From positions 7,877 to 71,876 of IMG/VR virus record IMGVR_UViG_3300036830_000184: a stretch of 64,000 bases of DNA, one strand, 5' to 3'. Each line of letters starts with the position of its first letter. The first letter of the stretch is position 1. This document shows, piece after piece, positions 29,699 through 40,599 of the stretch. Under the pieces are notes generated by a model. The model was not told the DNA's origin. It saw nothing but the letters and a program-made list of their open reading frames with translations, and searched no databases. The stretch comes from a virus. Position numbers and translations under genes: made by a program.

Positions 29699-30328
29699 TT
29701 AGGGCTCTTCGCCGGTCAGCGCATAGAGCGGCGCAAGCAGGCCAAGCAGGTAGTTATAGTCATCCCCATCGGGTGCCTTGGCGTCTTCGCCGCTGGTATC
29801 GCCGTGCGGATCATTCAGATTGCCGTTGTGCGCCCGAACGTCCGCCAGCACGCCGCGCAAGGTCGTCAGTAGCGCCCGGCTCTTGAGCAATTCGCCTACC
29901 ATCAGCCGAAGTTCGTCGGCCCAGACGGTCCAGTTGGCGAAGCCCTCGCGTCCTTCCAGACCAGCAATCAGGTTCTCTAGGCGGCCCTCAGAGACGATAG
30001 CCGAGACGCGTTCGGGCGGCACCTCAGCCTCTTTAATGATCGCCACAGGCGCAGCCAGATGATTGTCATAGACTTTGATCTGATCCACCCGGCAGTCGAA
30101 ATAGGCAATGGCATCATATCCCGGTCGCGCCGTGATCTGGCCATTCACCGCGCCGTCCGGGTCGATTGCGACCTCCAGCATCCACCCGGATGTGTCGGTG
30201 CCCGGCACAGAGTCCAGGAACAGACTCAAATCATAACCCGACTGGCCCGTCACCAGACTGAGACGAGCAACGCGCGAACCTCCGCCAGCCTTGGGCACGA
30301 ATGGCCCAATCTCCGATACTTCGTTCAT
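29699..30328 (-). CDS. Hypothetical early protein
   Basis: Start follows the GGAGTGTGATCCAA leader. Confidence 0.55.
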   Translation of the reverse strand: MNEVSEIGPFVPKAGGGSRVARLSLVTGQSGYDLSLFLDSVPGTDTSGWMLEVAIDPDGAVNGQITARPGYDAIAYFDCRVDQIKVYDNHLAAPVAIIKEAEVPPERVSAIVSEGRLENLIAGLEGREGFANWTVWADELRLMVGELLKSRALLTTLRGVLADVRAHNGNLNDPHGDTSGEDAKAPDGDDYNYLLGLLAPLYALTGEEP

Positions 30329-30376
30329 TTGGATCACACTCCAGGTTTGAGGCCGGCACGATCGCCGGCCCGCATG

Positions 30377-30853
30377 TCAGTGCAAGTCTGCCGCAAAGCC
30401 CAAGCGGGTTAATGCGGAAATTATGGGCTCGTTAAGCATCCCATCGATCCCGATGAAATATTCCCGCTCTCGGTGCCATTCCACACACGTCCGCAATGTG
30501 GCGATGAAATCAGCCTCATCCGCGCACTTCGTGTGGACGATATCACCCTCGCAGTAGGAGAATAGTTCTAAGGTTAACGGATTGACCCAGTTCCCATAGT
30601 AAGACGCGTCTTGCCGCGTATCGAGTTGCGCCCAGCCATCGGCCGGAAGGCATTTACGGAAATCGTATTTGTATCGATCGCTATAGGGCAGATCGCTGCC
30701 TCGGGTGATTGTCGCCATTGGATTAGACTCCAGGTAATCGCGGTAGCATGTCGCAGTCAGAGTAAACCCGTCGAGCTCCCCCTTGATCGACTCACCGTCG
30801 CACACGTAGGCGTCAAAAGCCTTGGTAAAGACCGGTTCAGACATCGGAACCAT
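30377..30853 (-). CDS. Hypothetical early protein
   Basis: DRYKYDF..GWAQLDTRQDASYYGNWVNP..SYCEGD motif. Confidence 0.65.
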   Translation of the reverse strand: MVPMSEPVFTKAFDAYVCDGESIKGELDGFTLTATCYRDYLESNPMATITRGSDLPYSDRYKYDFRKCLPADGWAQLDTRQDASYYGNWVNPLTLELFSYCEGDIVHTKCADEADFIATLRTCVEWHREREYFIGIDGMLNEPIISALTRLGFAADLH

Positions 30854-31101
30854 CCCGCTTGGATGTGACGCTAACCACCGTCTGGCCCATTAAGCGATTA
30901 TACGCTTGTGGCAGATCCCGCATGAGCGCGTAACGCGTCTCCACGGGCATGTTGTAGAGAAACCAAGTAAGCGTGACCTCTTTGTCCCACGTGGTTGCTG
31001 AGTGAAAATTAAACGACATCGGATCTATCCTCCGGGTTAATCGCCACCATGGCGATTGCTAGAGTCCCATGGTTCCGCGCGCCACGGGACTAGGGCAATC
31101 C

Positions 31102-31623
31102 TCAGGCGCTTGTCTGGTCCGTGATCGCCGCGACAGGCGCCGTCTCGCGACACAAGCGCCACCGAGATTGCGAGACGCAGCTATAAATCCCGAATTCGGC
31201 AATCTGTTTATCTTTCCGCCACGCGCGCAAATAGAGCACGTCATGGTGAAAGCCGGCGTCCTTCAAGTCGCCAGTGGTCCGGGCATCAGGACGGAATACA
31301 AACATGATCGTATCGTCCACCCGCAGTATCGAAAGCATAGACGCAACCTCGGTGCATTGCTCCCGGTAGGGATAGACGACCGCGCGGCACTCGTAAGTAA
31401 ATTCCCTCCGGTCATATTCCTTTTGGACCGTCACGGGTGCCGGCAAGGTCCGCCTCGCCTCGGTTGGGAAAGGATTGGACTCGCTCGCCTCGGGGGCTCG
31501 CTTAACAAGGTCGACTTGTCCGAATTCCGGCGTGTCTTGGGTTAGTCCGACCCACAAAAAGTCGCACGCTTTGAGCGCAGCAATGTCAATCTTGGTTAGA
31601 GCGTAAGGCACTGCGTAAGCCAT
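31102..31623 (-). CDS. Hypothetical early protein
   Basis: ATG at 31623 after GGAGTTGATCCA; the track ORF is longer. Confidence 0.55.
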   Translation of the reverse strand: MAYAVPYALTKIDIAALKACDFLWVGLTQDTPEFGQVDLVKRAPEASESNPFPTEARRTLPAPVTVQKEYDRREFTYECRAVVYPYREQCTEVASMLSILRVDDTIMFVFRPDARTTGDLKDAGFHHDVLYLRAWRKDKQIAEFGIYSCVSQSRWRLCRETAPVAAITDQTSA

Positions 31624-32193
31624 TGGATCAACTCCCAATTCTGTCCGGACTATTCCGATACCAGTTACTAAAACGCGACCGCGATATTGCTCACCATGAG
31701 CAGCGCAATCCAGAAACCAAACTGAAACCAGCAGTCGCGCATTTCTTCTGAACTCATCGCTGCGCGCTCCCCATTGGGCGCCACTTGCGCGCGTCAACCA
31801 AACTCCGCCGATAGGCTTGCTTGTTGTGGGCATACAAGCCGGCGTCCGCCTCGCGTTGACCAGCCAGGACATAGACCTCGCGAACAAACATCGCGTGCGC
31901 CAGATGCCCGGCGTAGATGCCTCGGTCGTACGCGCGCAAGTCGAATGGACCACCTAGGCTTTCCAGCGTTGCGCGCCGCGTCTCGCCTTGGCGGATGACT
32001 GCCGGCAAGCCCGTGACAGGATCAAGCCGGGCGCTATCCTCGACCATCCAAGCCAGCGCATCAAACCGCGTGTGGACAGGATAGAGCGCATAGCGTCGAC
32101 CCGGCCCAAAGCGTTCAACGCCCGCGGCAAGATCACCCGCACGCGTTGGATCATTCGCGAGCAAGTGGTCCGAAGGATTGAAGAAACAAGGTC

Positions 32194-32520
32194 TCATCGC
32201 CGCACGCCCAACAAGCGCGCGATCCGCACACGCGATCCACCCGATAGAGACGGAGGGAAATGGATCGAGCGGGACTCTTGATCACCCGTGCGGAATTCGC
32301 GCCCATTAGAGACGGTCACCCATCGCGCGGATGACAGACAAGAGTCGTTCGGCTCGATCGCTTGAACGCCATCGACTTCATACGTCCGGGTGCTACGAAC
32401 CTCTTTCACCGCATCGCGCAAGGTCACATCGCGACAGACAAAGCCGGTCTCTTCCGCCTCGCCATACGCGGCCGACTCATCGGTCACAATCTCATAGGTC
32501 ACTGCGAATAAAAGAGTCAT
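32194..32520 (-). CDS. Hypothetical early protein
   Basis: VTYEIVTDESAAYGEAEETGF; coupled to neighbours 31754-32197 and 32517-32807. Confidence 0.6.
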   Translation of the reverse strand: MTLLFAVTYEIVTDESAAYGEAEETGFVCRDVTLRDAVKEVRSTRTYEVDGVQAIEPNDSCLSSARWVTVSNGREFRTGDQESRSIHFPPSLSGGSRVRIARLLGVRR

Positions 32521-33002
32521 GACTCGATTACCGCGCGACCAGCCGGCGTCAGATGCCAGTGCGAGATATAATGGTGAACGGTATTGCCCCGCTGCGCTGT
32601 CATGTCGTGACTACCGCCGCACCGGGCTAGCAAGCCCATCACCGAGAGGCGCATACAGCGGCTGCGCTCTAGCGAGCCATGGGCGATGCGTCCACCGTCC
32701 GGACCACGCCCAGACATAACCTCGCAAGACTTGCGACCATGCCGCGCAGCAACGAGCATAATCTCGGTCTGCCAAGGCGTAAGATCACTCGCTCGTATCT
32801 GTTTCATATCGCGGGATAACTCCCCAATCGGTCCGGCCCAGCGCCGAGACCCATGGCAACCATATCAACACACAAGCCCAACGCATTAAATAAAAAAGTG
32901 ATATCGAAAATAATAATGTGATGATGCTATTTTCCAGCAATAAGACCATCTTGCTCATGCCGGATGGCGATCAAGCCAACGAGCAACAAGGAACCTATCC
33001 TA

Positions 33003-34088
33003 ATGGAACTTACGCAAGCGTCCCGCCAGTGGGCAAGCCGTCCGAATGATGAGCGTTTCGTCTCGCTAGACGACATGCTCTCGCATTTCCGCGCAGTGCG
33101 TGGCCAGTCACGTGAAGTCGTCGCACCGTCCAAGCGCCTGCAAGTTATCCCGCAGGATGACCATCGCGGTCTCATGCTCACCGGACCCAATGGTCACCCA
33201 TACGCCCCTACAAACTGGTCATTTGGCCAACTCGCCGCACTGGCGGAGGCACCCGCAGGATATCTCCGCAAACTGCCGGCGGAACTAGCGGCCGATTGTA
33301 TCAACGTCGGCTTGCAAGTTCTCCGCCAACAAGAGGATATCGGCTGTCTGCTCTATCGTGGCGATGGCACACCAGAGCTTCGCGCCGCGACCGGTCCAAA
33401 ATATGGGCGGATCTGGAATTCGGACGTGGTCAGCGGCTTAGTCGACCGTTTCGGCGATGGCATCCATGGTCAGTTCCGCGTGCCGGGCGAATTCGGCAAA
33501 GCTGTCACGGTCGACAAGAGCAACACGACCCTTTACGCGTCCGACCGGGATATGTTCGTATTTCTGGCGGACGAAGAGCGACGCATCAGCATACCAAACC
33601 GGCGCCATGGCGAGCCCGGAGAACTGGCGAGAGGCTTTTTCGTCTGGAACTCCGAAGTAGGGTCATCGACTTTCGGCATCGCGACATTTCTCTTCGACTA
33701 TGTCTGTATGAACCGGATTGTGTGGGGAGCAACAGACTTCCAAGAACTCAAGATCCGCCACACCGGAGGCGCACCGGACCGGTTTTTCCGTGAAGTCGCT
33801 CCCGCCCTACAGACCTATGCCAACTCATCAACAACAGGCGTCCAAGCGGCAATCGAGGATGCCCGCAAGGTTAACCTCGGTGATGACCTAGACGCCTTTC
33901 TCGCCACCCGGTTCAACAAGAGCCAGATCTCCAGCATGAAGGCCGCACACCTGCTAGAAGAGGAGCGGCCAATAGAGACACGCTGGGACGTGGTGGTCGC
34001 CGCGACCGCAGTAGCCAGAGGCATCGAACACCAAGACGCCCGCGTTGACCTTGAACGCGCAGCCGGCAAACTACTGACCATCGCCTAA
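33003..34088 (+). CDS. DUF932-family protein
   Basis: RQWASRPNDERFVSL..PTNWSFGQLA..LRAATGPKYGRIWN..YASDRDMFVFL..RGFFVWNSEVG..VCMNRIVWG..IRH. Confidence 0.75.
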   Translation: MELTQASRQWASRPNDERFVSLDDMLSHFRAVRGQSREVVAPSKRLQVIPQDDHRGLMLTGPNGHPYAPTNWSFGQLAALAEAPAGYLRKLPAELAADCINVGLQVLRQQEDIGCLLYRGDGTPELRAATGPKYGRIWNSDVVSGLVDRFGDGIHGQFRVPGEFGKAVTVDKSNTTLYASDRDMFVFLADEERRISIPNRRHGEPGELARGFFVWNSEVGSSTFGIATFLFDYVCMNRIVWGATDFQELKIRHTGGAPDRFFREVAPALQTYANSSTTGVQAAIEDARKVNLGDDLDAFLATRFNKSQISSMKAAHLLEEERPIETRWDVVVAATAVARGIEHQDARVDLERAAGKLLTIA

Positions 34089-34110
34089 ACATCCCTCTCC
34101 CAACTAACCA

Positions 34111-34148
34111 AGCCCGGATTAGCTCCCCCAAGAGCGTCCGGGCTTTTT
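34111..34148 (+). terminator. Rho-independent terminator
   Basis: AGCCCGGA...TCCGGGCT followed by TTTT, just after the DUF932 stop. Confidence 0.7.
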
Positions 34149-34181
34149 GCTGTCAACCGTTCCGTGATATGCGCCAAGACC

Positions 34182-34655
34182 ATGTCCGACGCCCAACTCA
34201 TCGTTAATTCCAACCTGCTCCGCCAACATAAATCCGCCGCGACCGAGGCAGATCCTGACCACGGTCTAACCAACCGACAGTGGAAATTCGTCCAACACTA
34301 CGTAAGCCTGCCAAATGGCACACAAGCCGCGATCGATGCAGGCTATTCCGTTAAATCGGCCGCAGAACAAGCATCGCTACTTCTGAGCAATGCTAAGATT
34401 AAAAGCGCAATTGATCGGCAATTGGCTGTAGCGGCCGAACGCTGTGCAGTGACGACCGACTCCGTCCTTCGCGGTCTCGTGCGAGAGTCCACCTATGCAG
34501 GTCCGGGTGCCAGCCATGCGGCGAGGGTTAGAGCGCTGGAACTATTGGGGAAAACCCTGTCAATGTTCACCGACCAGACCGCCATCATTGGCCCAGATGG
34601 GCGCCCGGTGGACCGCTTCGCACCCGTGTTTCTTCAGGTCATCCGCAATGGCTGA
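34182..34655 (+). CDS. terS: Terminase small subunit
   Basis: LTNRQWKFVQHYV..NGTQAAIDAGYSVKSAAEQASLLL..ALELLGKTLSMF. Confidence 0.88.
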   Translation: MSDAQLIVNSNLLRQHKSAATEADPDHGLTNRQWKFVQHYVSLPNGTQAAIDAGYSVKSAAEQASLLLSNAKIKSAIDRQLAVAAERCAVTTDSVLRGLVRESTYAGPGASHAARVRALELLGKTLSMFTDQTAIIGPDGRPVDRFAPVFLQVIRNG

Positions 34656-34992
34656 TAAATCTATCGGCCTCTCGATCAAATGAAGGTTTGACGATGCACT
34701 GCGCCAGTGTTGCCACCACGGACGCGTGTGTGATGCACCGTCGCCACACATAGCCGCGCTTTCTGCCCCCCCACCCCCCAAGTTTGTCCTGGGCGAGGAC
34801 TGGGACGGGTCCCCCCCTTCCCACACGACAATCTGAGATTTGGGAGACCGTCCTGTAGCCTCCCTTCCTCACAATTTTTTGAGGTTTGCAGAGGCTGCGC
34901 GTTTGCCCGAAAAAAATCTGAGTTGCTGGGCTGCCGGTTTTTTTTTGCGTTCGGTGTGAGAGATCGTCTCCCAGAAAATTTGGGAGTGAGGA

Positions 34993-35331
34993 TCAGCAGG
35001 CTTGTTGGGTTGGTTTGAAGAGTGCTGCTCGCTGTCGCTCGAACAGATAGGTGGCTTTGACGAGGTGGGTGAGTTCGGCGAGCGAGAAGTCTCGGTATGC
35101 TGGGGCTTTGGCGAGGGTATGGATGAGTTCGTGGTGAATTCGGCAGATGAGAGCGAGATCGGTTGGGAGTTCGTTCCCGAGGTTGGCGTAGGACAGATGA
35201 TGCAGATGCAAACCGGACATGGGCCATCTGGGTCGCCACCCGCAGACCCAGCAGATCGGTGAGATGGCGACGTAGTGGGCTTTTTTTTCTGCCCACGCAG
35301 GGCTGTTGAGGTAGGCATGATAGTCAAACAT
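34993..35331 (-). CDS. HNH endonuclease-like protein
   Basis: YLNSPAW..CWVCG..LHLHHLSYANLGNE..DLALICRIHHELIH. Confidence 0.75.
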   Translation of the reverse strand: MFDYHAYLNSPAWAEKKAHYVAISPICWVCGWRPRWPMSGLHLHHLSYANLGNELPTDLALICRIHHELIHTLAKAPAYRDFSLAELTHLVKATYLFERQRAALFKPTQQAC

Positions 35332-35791
35332 GGTTTGACCGGCTCGGTGGTTTTGGTCTAGGTGCGGACGGCGGTTCGGGGCACTCTACTTCTGTAGAGG
35401 ACAGAGTCTGTATCTCGCGTGCGCGCGTGCGGGGGAGCGTTTCCGCTGGTAAATCGCATAGGGTATCGGGTTTGTTGGGAGTGAGTGGTTGATGGCCCAT
35501 TGTGTGAGCCACCGACCTTCCAAGCGGGGCGTTGCCCACGCTTCCCAGCCCAGCCTTGATGAGCGTAGCCTGCCATGAGTGCCGTTCGTCCTCGCGACGG
35601 CCGGCGGGTTTGATCCTAAGATTAGGAACCTCCGGGTCAAGCAGGTGGGCCGATGATCACTTGCGGGAATATCACTCACGTGTGAGAGAGGAGTTCCCTA
35701 GACACTCGTCTAGGGCTTGGACGTTTCCTCCCCGACTTGGGCGTCGGCGCCCTTTGGTTCCGGCGCTCCTTCTTTTTTCTGGGCGTTGGCC

Positions 35792-36106
35792 ATGAACGAT
35801 ATAAATCTAGGCGGGCTGCGGGCAATTCAGATACCTGCGAGCGGTGGGCAGCGGACCGAGCGGTGCGACACCTGCTATTGGTCCGAGCGTGTCGGCAATG
35901 GGTTGGAGTGCCATGGCGAGCCGCCGACGTTGAACTTGATTGCGGAGTTAGCGCCGCCGCAGCCTGGGCAGGTGCTGCTTCCTGGGCAGAAGCAGAACCA
36001 AATTCTGCGGCCGATTTGTATTTGGCCGTTGGTTCCGCCGCACGGGTTTTGCCGTCATTGGGAATTGCGGGCTGAGGTGCCGATTGGTCCGGTGCCGGTG
36101 GGGTAG
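35792..36106 (+). CDS. Cys-containing hypothetical protein
   Basis: CDTCYW..ECHGEPP..WPLV..FCRHW. Confidence 0.55.
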   Translation: MNDINLGGLRAIQIPASGGQRTERCDTCYWSERVGNGLECHGEPPTLNLIAELAPPQPGQVLLPGQKQNQILRPICIWPLVPPHGFCRHWELRAEVPIGPVPVG

Positions 36107-36124
36107 CTGGCGAGGGGCGCGTCC

Positions 36125-36864
36125 TCGCCTAGCCAACCAAGAGCCGCCTGCGTTGCCGTTCCTGGCGAAGAGACACCAAACCAGTCCGTGCCTGCGTTGC
36201 AACGCCCGGCCTAGTTCCGCCACCCCGAGCCAGTCCACGCCTGCCAAGAGATACCTCGCCAGTCGACCCAACCTTAATCGGCCTGCCGAGCGACGCCCTG
36301 CCAATCTTACGTTGCCCTACCTGCCGAGCGGCGCCCCACCCCGCCGGGCCATTTCAACCTTGGTCTGCCTAGCCTGCCGCGCGAGCCGGACCTAGCCGAG
36401 AGTATCCGAGCCAACCTTGCCTGCCGAGCCCTAGTCAACCTAACGCGCCATCGACCCCGAACCTAACCTGCCGGGCCAAGATCCACCCATCACGCCGGGC
36501 CATCGTGGCCATCGTGGCCAAACCTGCCACCGCCGCCACTCCCCGCCACTCTCACGATACGAGTCGGGCCATCCAGGCGAAGCCTGCCCAATCATGCCGC
36601 ACCGACCCAAATGCGCGATGCTCTACGTCGCCACGCCTGCCGGGCCAGGATCTGCGGTGCCAAGCGGGTGTCACCTCACCATTCGACGCGACGCCTGCGG
36701 GACCGATCCGCGATCTGATTGGCCAGAACGATCCGCCCGCTCCCAGCCTGCCTCACCCTGATCGACGCGGCCTCGCGAAACCACCGAAACCGCCAATGCC
36801 AAACCTGCCGCGCGGTGGGCTGCGACGCCCCTGAAGCGTTGCTGATCCTGCCTTTCCATGACGC
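36125..36864 (-). repeat. Pentamer (GGY-NN) array A4
   Basis: CCTGC(C/G) anchors (GCAGG on minus) at 36147, 36191, 36240, 36282, 36320, 36373, 36420, 36467, 36523, 36583, 36636, 36694, 36747, 36804 and 36847, spaced 38-60 nt. Hairpin GGCGAGG..CCTCGCC at ~36109-36129. Confidence 0.85.
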
Positions 36865-36893
36865 CCGCCGTCTCGCGAGGGGAGGCGGTATCG

Positions 36894-36899
36894 AGTATA
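36894..36899 (-). promoter_or_regulatory. Candidate -10 box for array A4
   Basis: TATACT on the minus strand ~40 nt upstream of the first anchor; the -35 element is weak. Confidence 0.4.
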
Positions 36900-37450
36900 A
36901 GATGTCTTATGGCGGACCCAAATCACAGCCTACTGATCGTTGTTCGAGGCAGCCGCCGCGAGGTGGTCACCCGTCCCGGTCATCTCGACATTAAGACCGC
37001 GATGGGATTGGCGGCCCGAGCCGGCGGCACGCTGCATGTGCTGCGCCACCACCGCACGCTGCCGGAGGCCGGTCAGGTCGAGGTTGTCCGCATCCAGGCG
37101 ATTGAGACGGTATGAAGCAGCAGCCGAAGCCCAAGGTTCGTAAGACCATGGAGGCTTTGGCTGTTCTGGCGGATGCGCGGTTCGCCGGTCATGTGCAGAT
37201 CCGCAAGGGGCCGGATGGCTGGAACGTCTACTTTGCGGCACCGACCGCTTTGCAGAGTGATCGGGGCGACGCTCCGCTTGCGAGCTTCACGGCGGCGGCC
37301 AACCGGGCGATGGTCCGGGTGGGGCACGATCCGGTTGGGTCGGATGGGAAAAAGTAACCCGGCGATCGGGTTATAGCGTCCGGCTTGGTTTCTCAGTAGT
37401 CTGCCCCCAGGCCGGAGCGGTCAATTTTCCTTCTGCAAAAGAGGCGACCC

Positions 37451-37729
37451 ATGGAAAATTCTTCGCACGCGCCCGGCCATGAAATCGAGATGGGCAGCGA
37501 CGGCGTCCGCCAGCGCAAGATGATGGCTTCCGGCGATGGCCCGATGAGCGGCGGCAACTTCGGTGTTGGTTCGATCCCCGGCACCCGGACCGCCGGCCGC
37601 ATGGGCGGGACTTGGTCTAAGACCAGCGATGGTGAGATGTGCAGCGACAAAGAGCGCTGCCGGCCGATCAAGTCTGGCGGCATGATGATGCACGCGCAGG
37701 CACACCCAGACCACGGGTCCATGCGCTAA
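37451..37729 (+). CDS. Small Gly/Met-rich hypothetical protein
   Basis: SD GAGG; 92 aa. Confidence 0.55.
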   Translation: MENSSHAPGHEIEMGSDGVRQRKMMASGDGPMSGGNFGVGSIPGTRTAGRMGGTWSKTSDGEMCSDKERCRPIKSGGMMMHAQAHPDHGSMR

Positions 37730-37762
37730 CCGACTCCTTATACTCTATAGAGAGAGGCCCGC

Positions 37763-38188
37763 ATGGCCAAAGACACCGCCAAGGCCGCCGATCCGGCCCC
37801 GGAGGCCGCTCCCGTCATGCCAGATATCGGCGTGGTGATTAAAAACCAAGACGATGGCACTGCGACGCTTCACGGCATCGAACAGGACGGCTCGCAGCAT
37901 CAGATCGTCTTGCCGGCGAACCACGGCGCGTTGCTGTCCTTCAAGGCCATCCTCAAAGATTGGATGACGCGGCTGGGTGAGCGGGCGATCTCGTGGGACA
38001 AGATTGCGCCTGCGGACGCCGCGGCACCCGGACAGGTGGTCGAACCGGCAAACCCCGAACCGCCCGCGACGCTGACCCCGGCCCCGTTGCCCTCGCCGCC
38101 GACCGCCCCGATCGGTGACAGCCCGCAACCGGGCGATAGCGGCTCCCAGTCTGGACCGGCTGGCCGTGGCGGCAAAGGAGAAGCGTGA
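37763..38188 (+). CDS. Hypothetical protein with Pro-rich tail
   Basis: SD GAGAGG; 141 aa. Confidence 0.6.
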   Translation: MAKDTAKAADPAPEAAPVMPDIGVVIKNQDDGTATLHGIEQDGSQHQIVLPANHGALLSFKAILKDWMTRLGERAISWDKIAPADAAAPGQVVEPANPEPPATLTPAPLPSPPTAPIGDSPQPGDSGSQSGPAGRGGKGEA

Positions 38189-38792
38189 TGGCGTCTAAGC
38201 ACCCCGGCGATGACGGCGATTGGTGCCAGGGCTCGGCCTCGCGGCCGCGGATGACGATCAACGAGCGCATCTGCACCTTGGTGAACGTCGTCGGCCCAGC
38301 CACGATCGCGGCGATGCGGGCGGAAGACGAGTTCCTGGCCTCGGTGCCGAACACCCCACCCGACACCAAGCGCTACACCGACCGGCGGAAGATCCCCGGC
38401 CGCGAGCGGATGATGCCGTAGTATAAGAGGAGTGGTCTGATGGCTGACCAAGACGATCCGAGCACCTTCGCCTACGTCCCGCCAGGCGCCAGCCAAGCCT
38501 TCGGGCAGAAGCCGGTCCGCCGTCTATCCCCGATGTTCAGCCCGGATATGCGCGCGACCATCCGCGACAAGGCGCTGGAACAGGGCGGCGGCGCGATCGA
38601 CCCTATGGCCGGCAGCAAGCCAGGCTCCTGAATTGTGGCCGTGATCACCACCGGAAGCGTTCCGAAGGCTATTGGCGGAGTCGCAATGGCTAAAACGGGC
38701 AAAAAGCGGCCAAAAACGGGCAAAAAGGCTGCTAAGGCTGCAAAAAAGGAAGCTAAACCGGGTTTTCGGACGTAATCGGGGGTCGATAGGCC

Positions 38793-39026
38793 ATGGCACG
38801 GCTGACAATGGCGCAAAGAAAGGCCATTCCGAGTAAAGATTTCGCCCGACCAGGCAAAGGAAAGGGTCCGAGCGGCAAAGGTGCCGGCTCCTATCCGGTG
38901 GAAGACAAGAAGCACGCCCGGATCGCGCTCTCGCTGGTCTCCCAGCACGGCGATGCCGAGGAAAAGGCCGAGGTTCGGGCCAAGGTGCGGTCGAAGTTTC
39001 CAGGGATCGGCAAAAAGAAGAAGTGA
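38793..39026 (+). CDS. Small basic phage protein
   Basis: MARLTMAQRKAIPSKDFA..SYPVEDKKHARIALS. Confidence 0.65.
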   Translation: MARLTMAQRKAIPSKDFARPGKGKGPSGKGAGSYPVEDKKHARIALSLVSQHGDAEEKAEVRAKVRSKFPGIGKKKK

Positions 39027-39101
39027 GACCCCGCCGTTCGCCTCCCGGCGGTCGGCCCAGCCATGATAGCAACCCTCGGTATTTGCGTGTAGGGCTGACA
39101 C

Positions 39102-40589
39102 ATGGCGATGGTCTACAGTTGCAGCGGAATGCCGACAATCGAGGCGTTCTTTAACAGCGACGCATTTTTTCGCGGGTTGATGGGTCCGTTTGGCTCGGGC
39201 AAGTCGTCGGCCTGCTGCGTGGAGATCGGTCAGCGCGGTATCCAGCAGAAGCAATTAGTCGATGGCGTTCGCCGGACGCGATGGGCGGTGATCAGAAACA
39301 CCTATCAGCAGTTGTCCGACACCACGATCAGGACATTCCTTCAGTGGTTCCCGCCCTACCAGTTCGGCGATTGGACGCCTTCCAAGCACCTCTACACCAT
39401 CCGAGCGCTCCGGGCTGAGGGAGACACGTGCGGCGCGGAAATCGAGGTGCTATTTCGCGCGCTCGATCGGCCGGACCAGTTGGGCAACCTGTTGTCGCTG
39501 GACCTGACCGGCGCTTGGGTGAACGAGGGGCGCGAGATCGAGTGGACCATCTTCCAGGCGCTTGAAGGCCGTGTTGGCCGCTATCCCCGCCAGCAAGATG
39601 GCGGTCCTACATGGTCAGGAATTTTTACCGACACCAACGCGCCCGATGTGGACTCGGAATGGTTTAAGTTTTTCGAGGAGACCGATCACTCCGAGCGCGT
39701 GGCGCTTTTGGCCGAGGTGATCCCCGGCATGACGGTCGAAAACTACCGCCAGTTGTTCAAGCAGCCATCCGGCCGCTCGCCGCAGGCCGAGAACCTATCG
39801 AACCTGCCGCTTGGCTACTATCAGCGGCTGGCGATCGGGAAGGACCCAGAATGGGTCAAGGTTTATATCGATGGTGAATATGGCTTCGTCATCGAAGGTA
39901 AGCCGGTCTGGCCGGGCTACAACGACACCATCCATTGCCCCGCCGACAAGAAGATGTGGCCCCGGCCGATCGAGGGCTTACCGATCCTTCGCGGCTGGGA
40001 CTTTGGGCTGACCCCGGCGGTTACCTTCAGCCAGATCACCCCGCGTGGCCAATGGGCGATCTTTGACGAGATGGCGGCGACCTCGATGGGCGCGGACCGC
40101 TTTTCAGATGAGGTGCTGGATCACTCGGCCCGGCAGTATCCGCGGTTCGAGTTCGAGGATGTCGGCGATCCGGCCGGCGCGCAGCGGGCACAGAGCGACG
40201 AGAAGACCTGCTTTCAGATCCTGCACGCCAAGGGGATCGGTATCGAGCCCGCGTTGCAGACTTTGGAGATCCGTATCGAGAGCGTGGCGCGACCGCTGCG
40301 CACCTTGGTGGACGGAGGCTACCCGCAATTCACCCTGCACCCTCGCTGCAAGATGCTGCGCCGGGCGATGATGGGTGGCTATCACTTCCGGCGGATGCGG
40401 ATCTCCGGCGAGCGCTATAGCGAAAATCCCGAGAAGAACCACTATTCCCATATCGCCGATGCGCTCGGCTACTCGGGCACCCGGCTGTTCGGGTCAGGGC
40501 TGCGCACAGCGGTTGCCCCGCGCCGTGGTCGCTATGATGATGACGACGCTATCATGGACAGAAGCCGGAGCCGGGTGACCGGATACTGA
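39102..40589 (+). CDS. terL: Terminase large subunit
   Basis: Walker A GPFGSGKS, Walker B AWVNE, coupling motif DTN, RNase H-like GWDFG, GDPAG, SHIADAL. Confidence 0.93.
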   Translation: MAMVYSCSGMPTIEAFFNSDAFFRGLMGPFGSGKSSACCVEIGQRGIQQKQLVDGVRRTRWAVIRNTYQQLSDTTIRTFLQWFPPYQFGDWTPSKHLYTIRALRAEGDTCGAEIEVLFRALDRPDQLGNLLSLDLTGAWVNEGREIEWTIFQALEGRVGRYPRQQDGGPTWSGIFTDTNAPDVDSEWFKFFEETDHSERVALLAEVIPGMTVENYRQLFKQPSGRSPQAENLSNLPLGYYQRLAIGKDPEWVKVYIDGEYGFVIEGKPVWPGYNDTIHCPADKKMWPRPIEGLPILRGWDFGLTPAVTFSQITPRGQWAIFDEMAATSMGADRFSDEVLDHSARQYPRFEFEDVGDPAGAQRAQSDEKTCFQILHAKGIGIEPALQTLEIRIESVARPLRTLVDGGYPQFTLHPRCKMLRRAMMGGYHFRRMRISGERYSENPEKNHYSHIADALGYSGTRLFGSGLRTAVAPRRGRYDDDDAIMDRSRSRVTGY

Positions 40590-40599
40590 GGGTGAGCCC

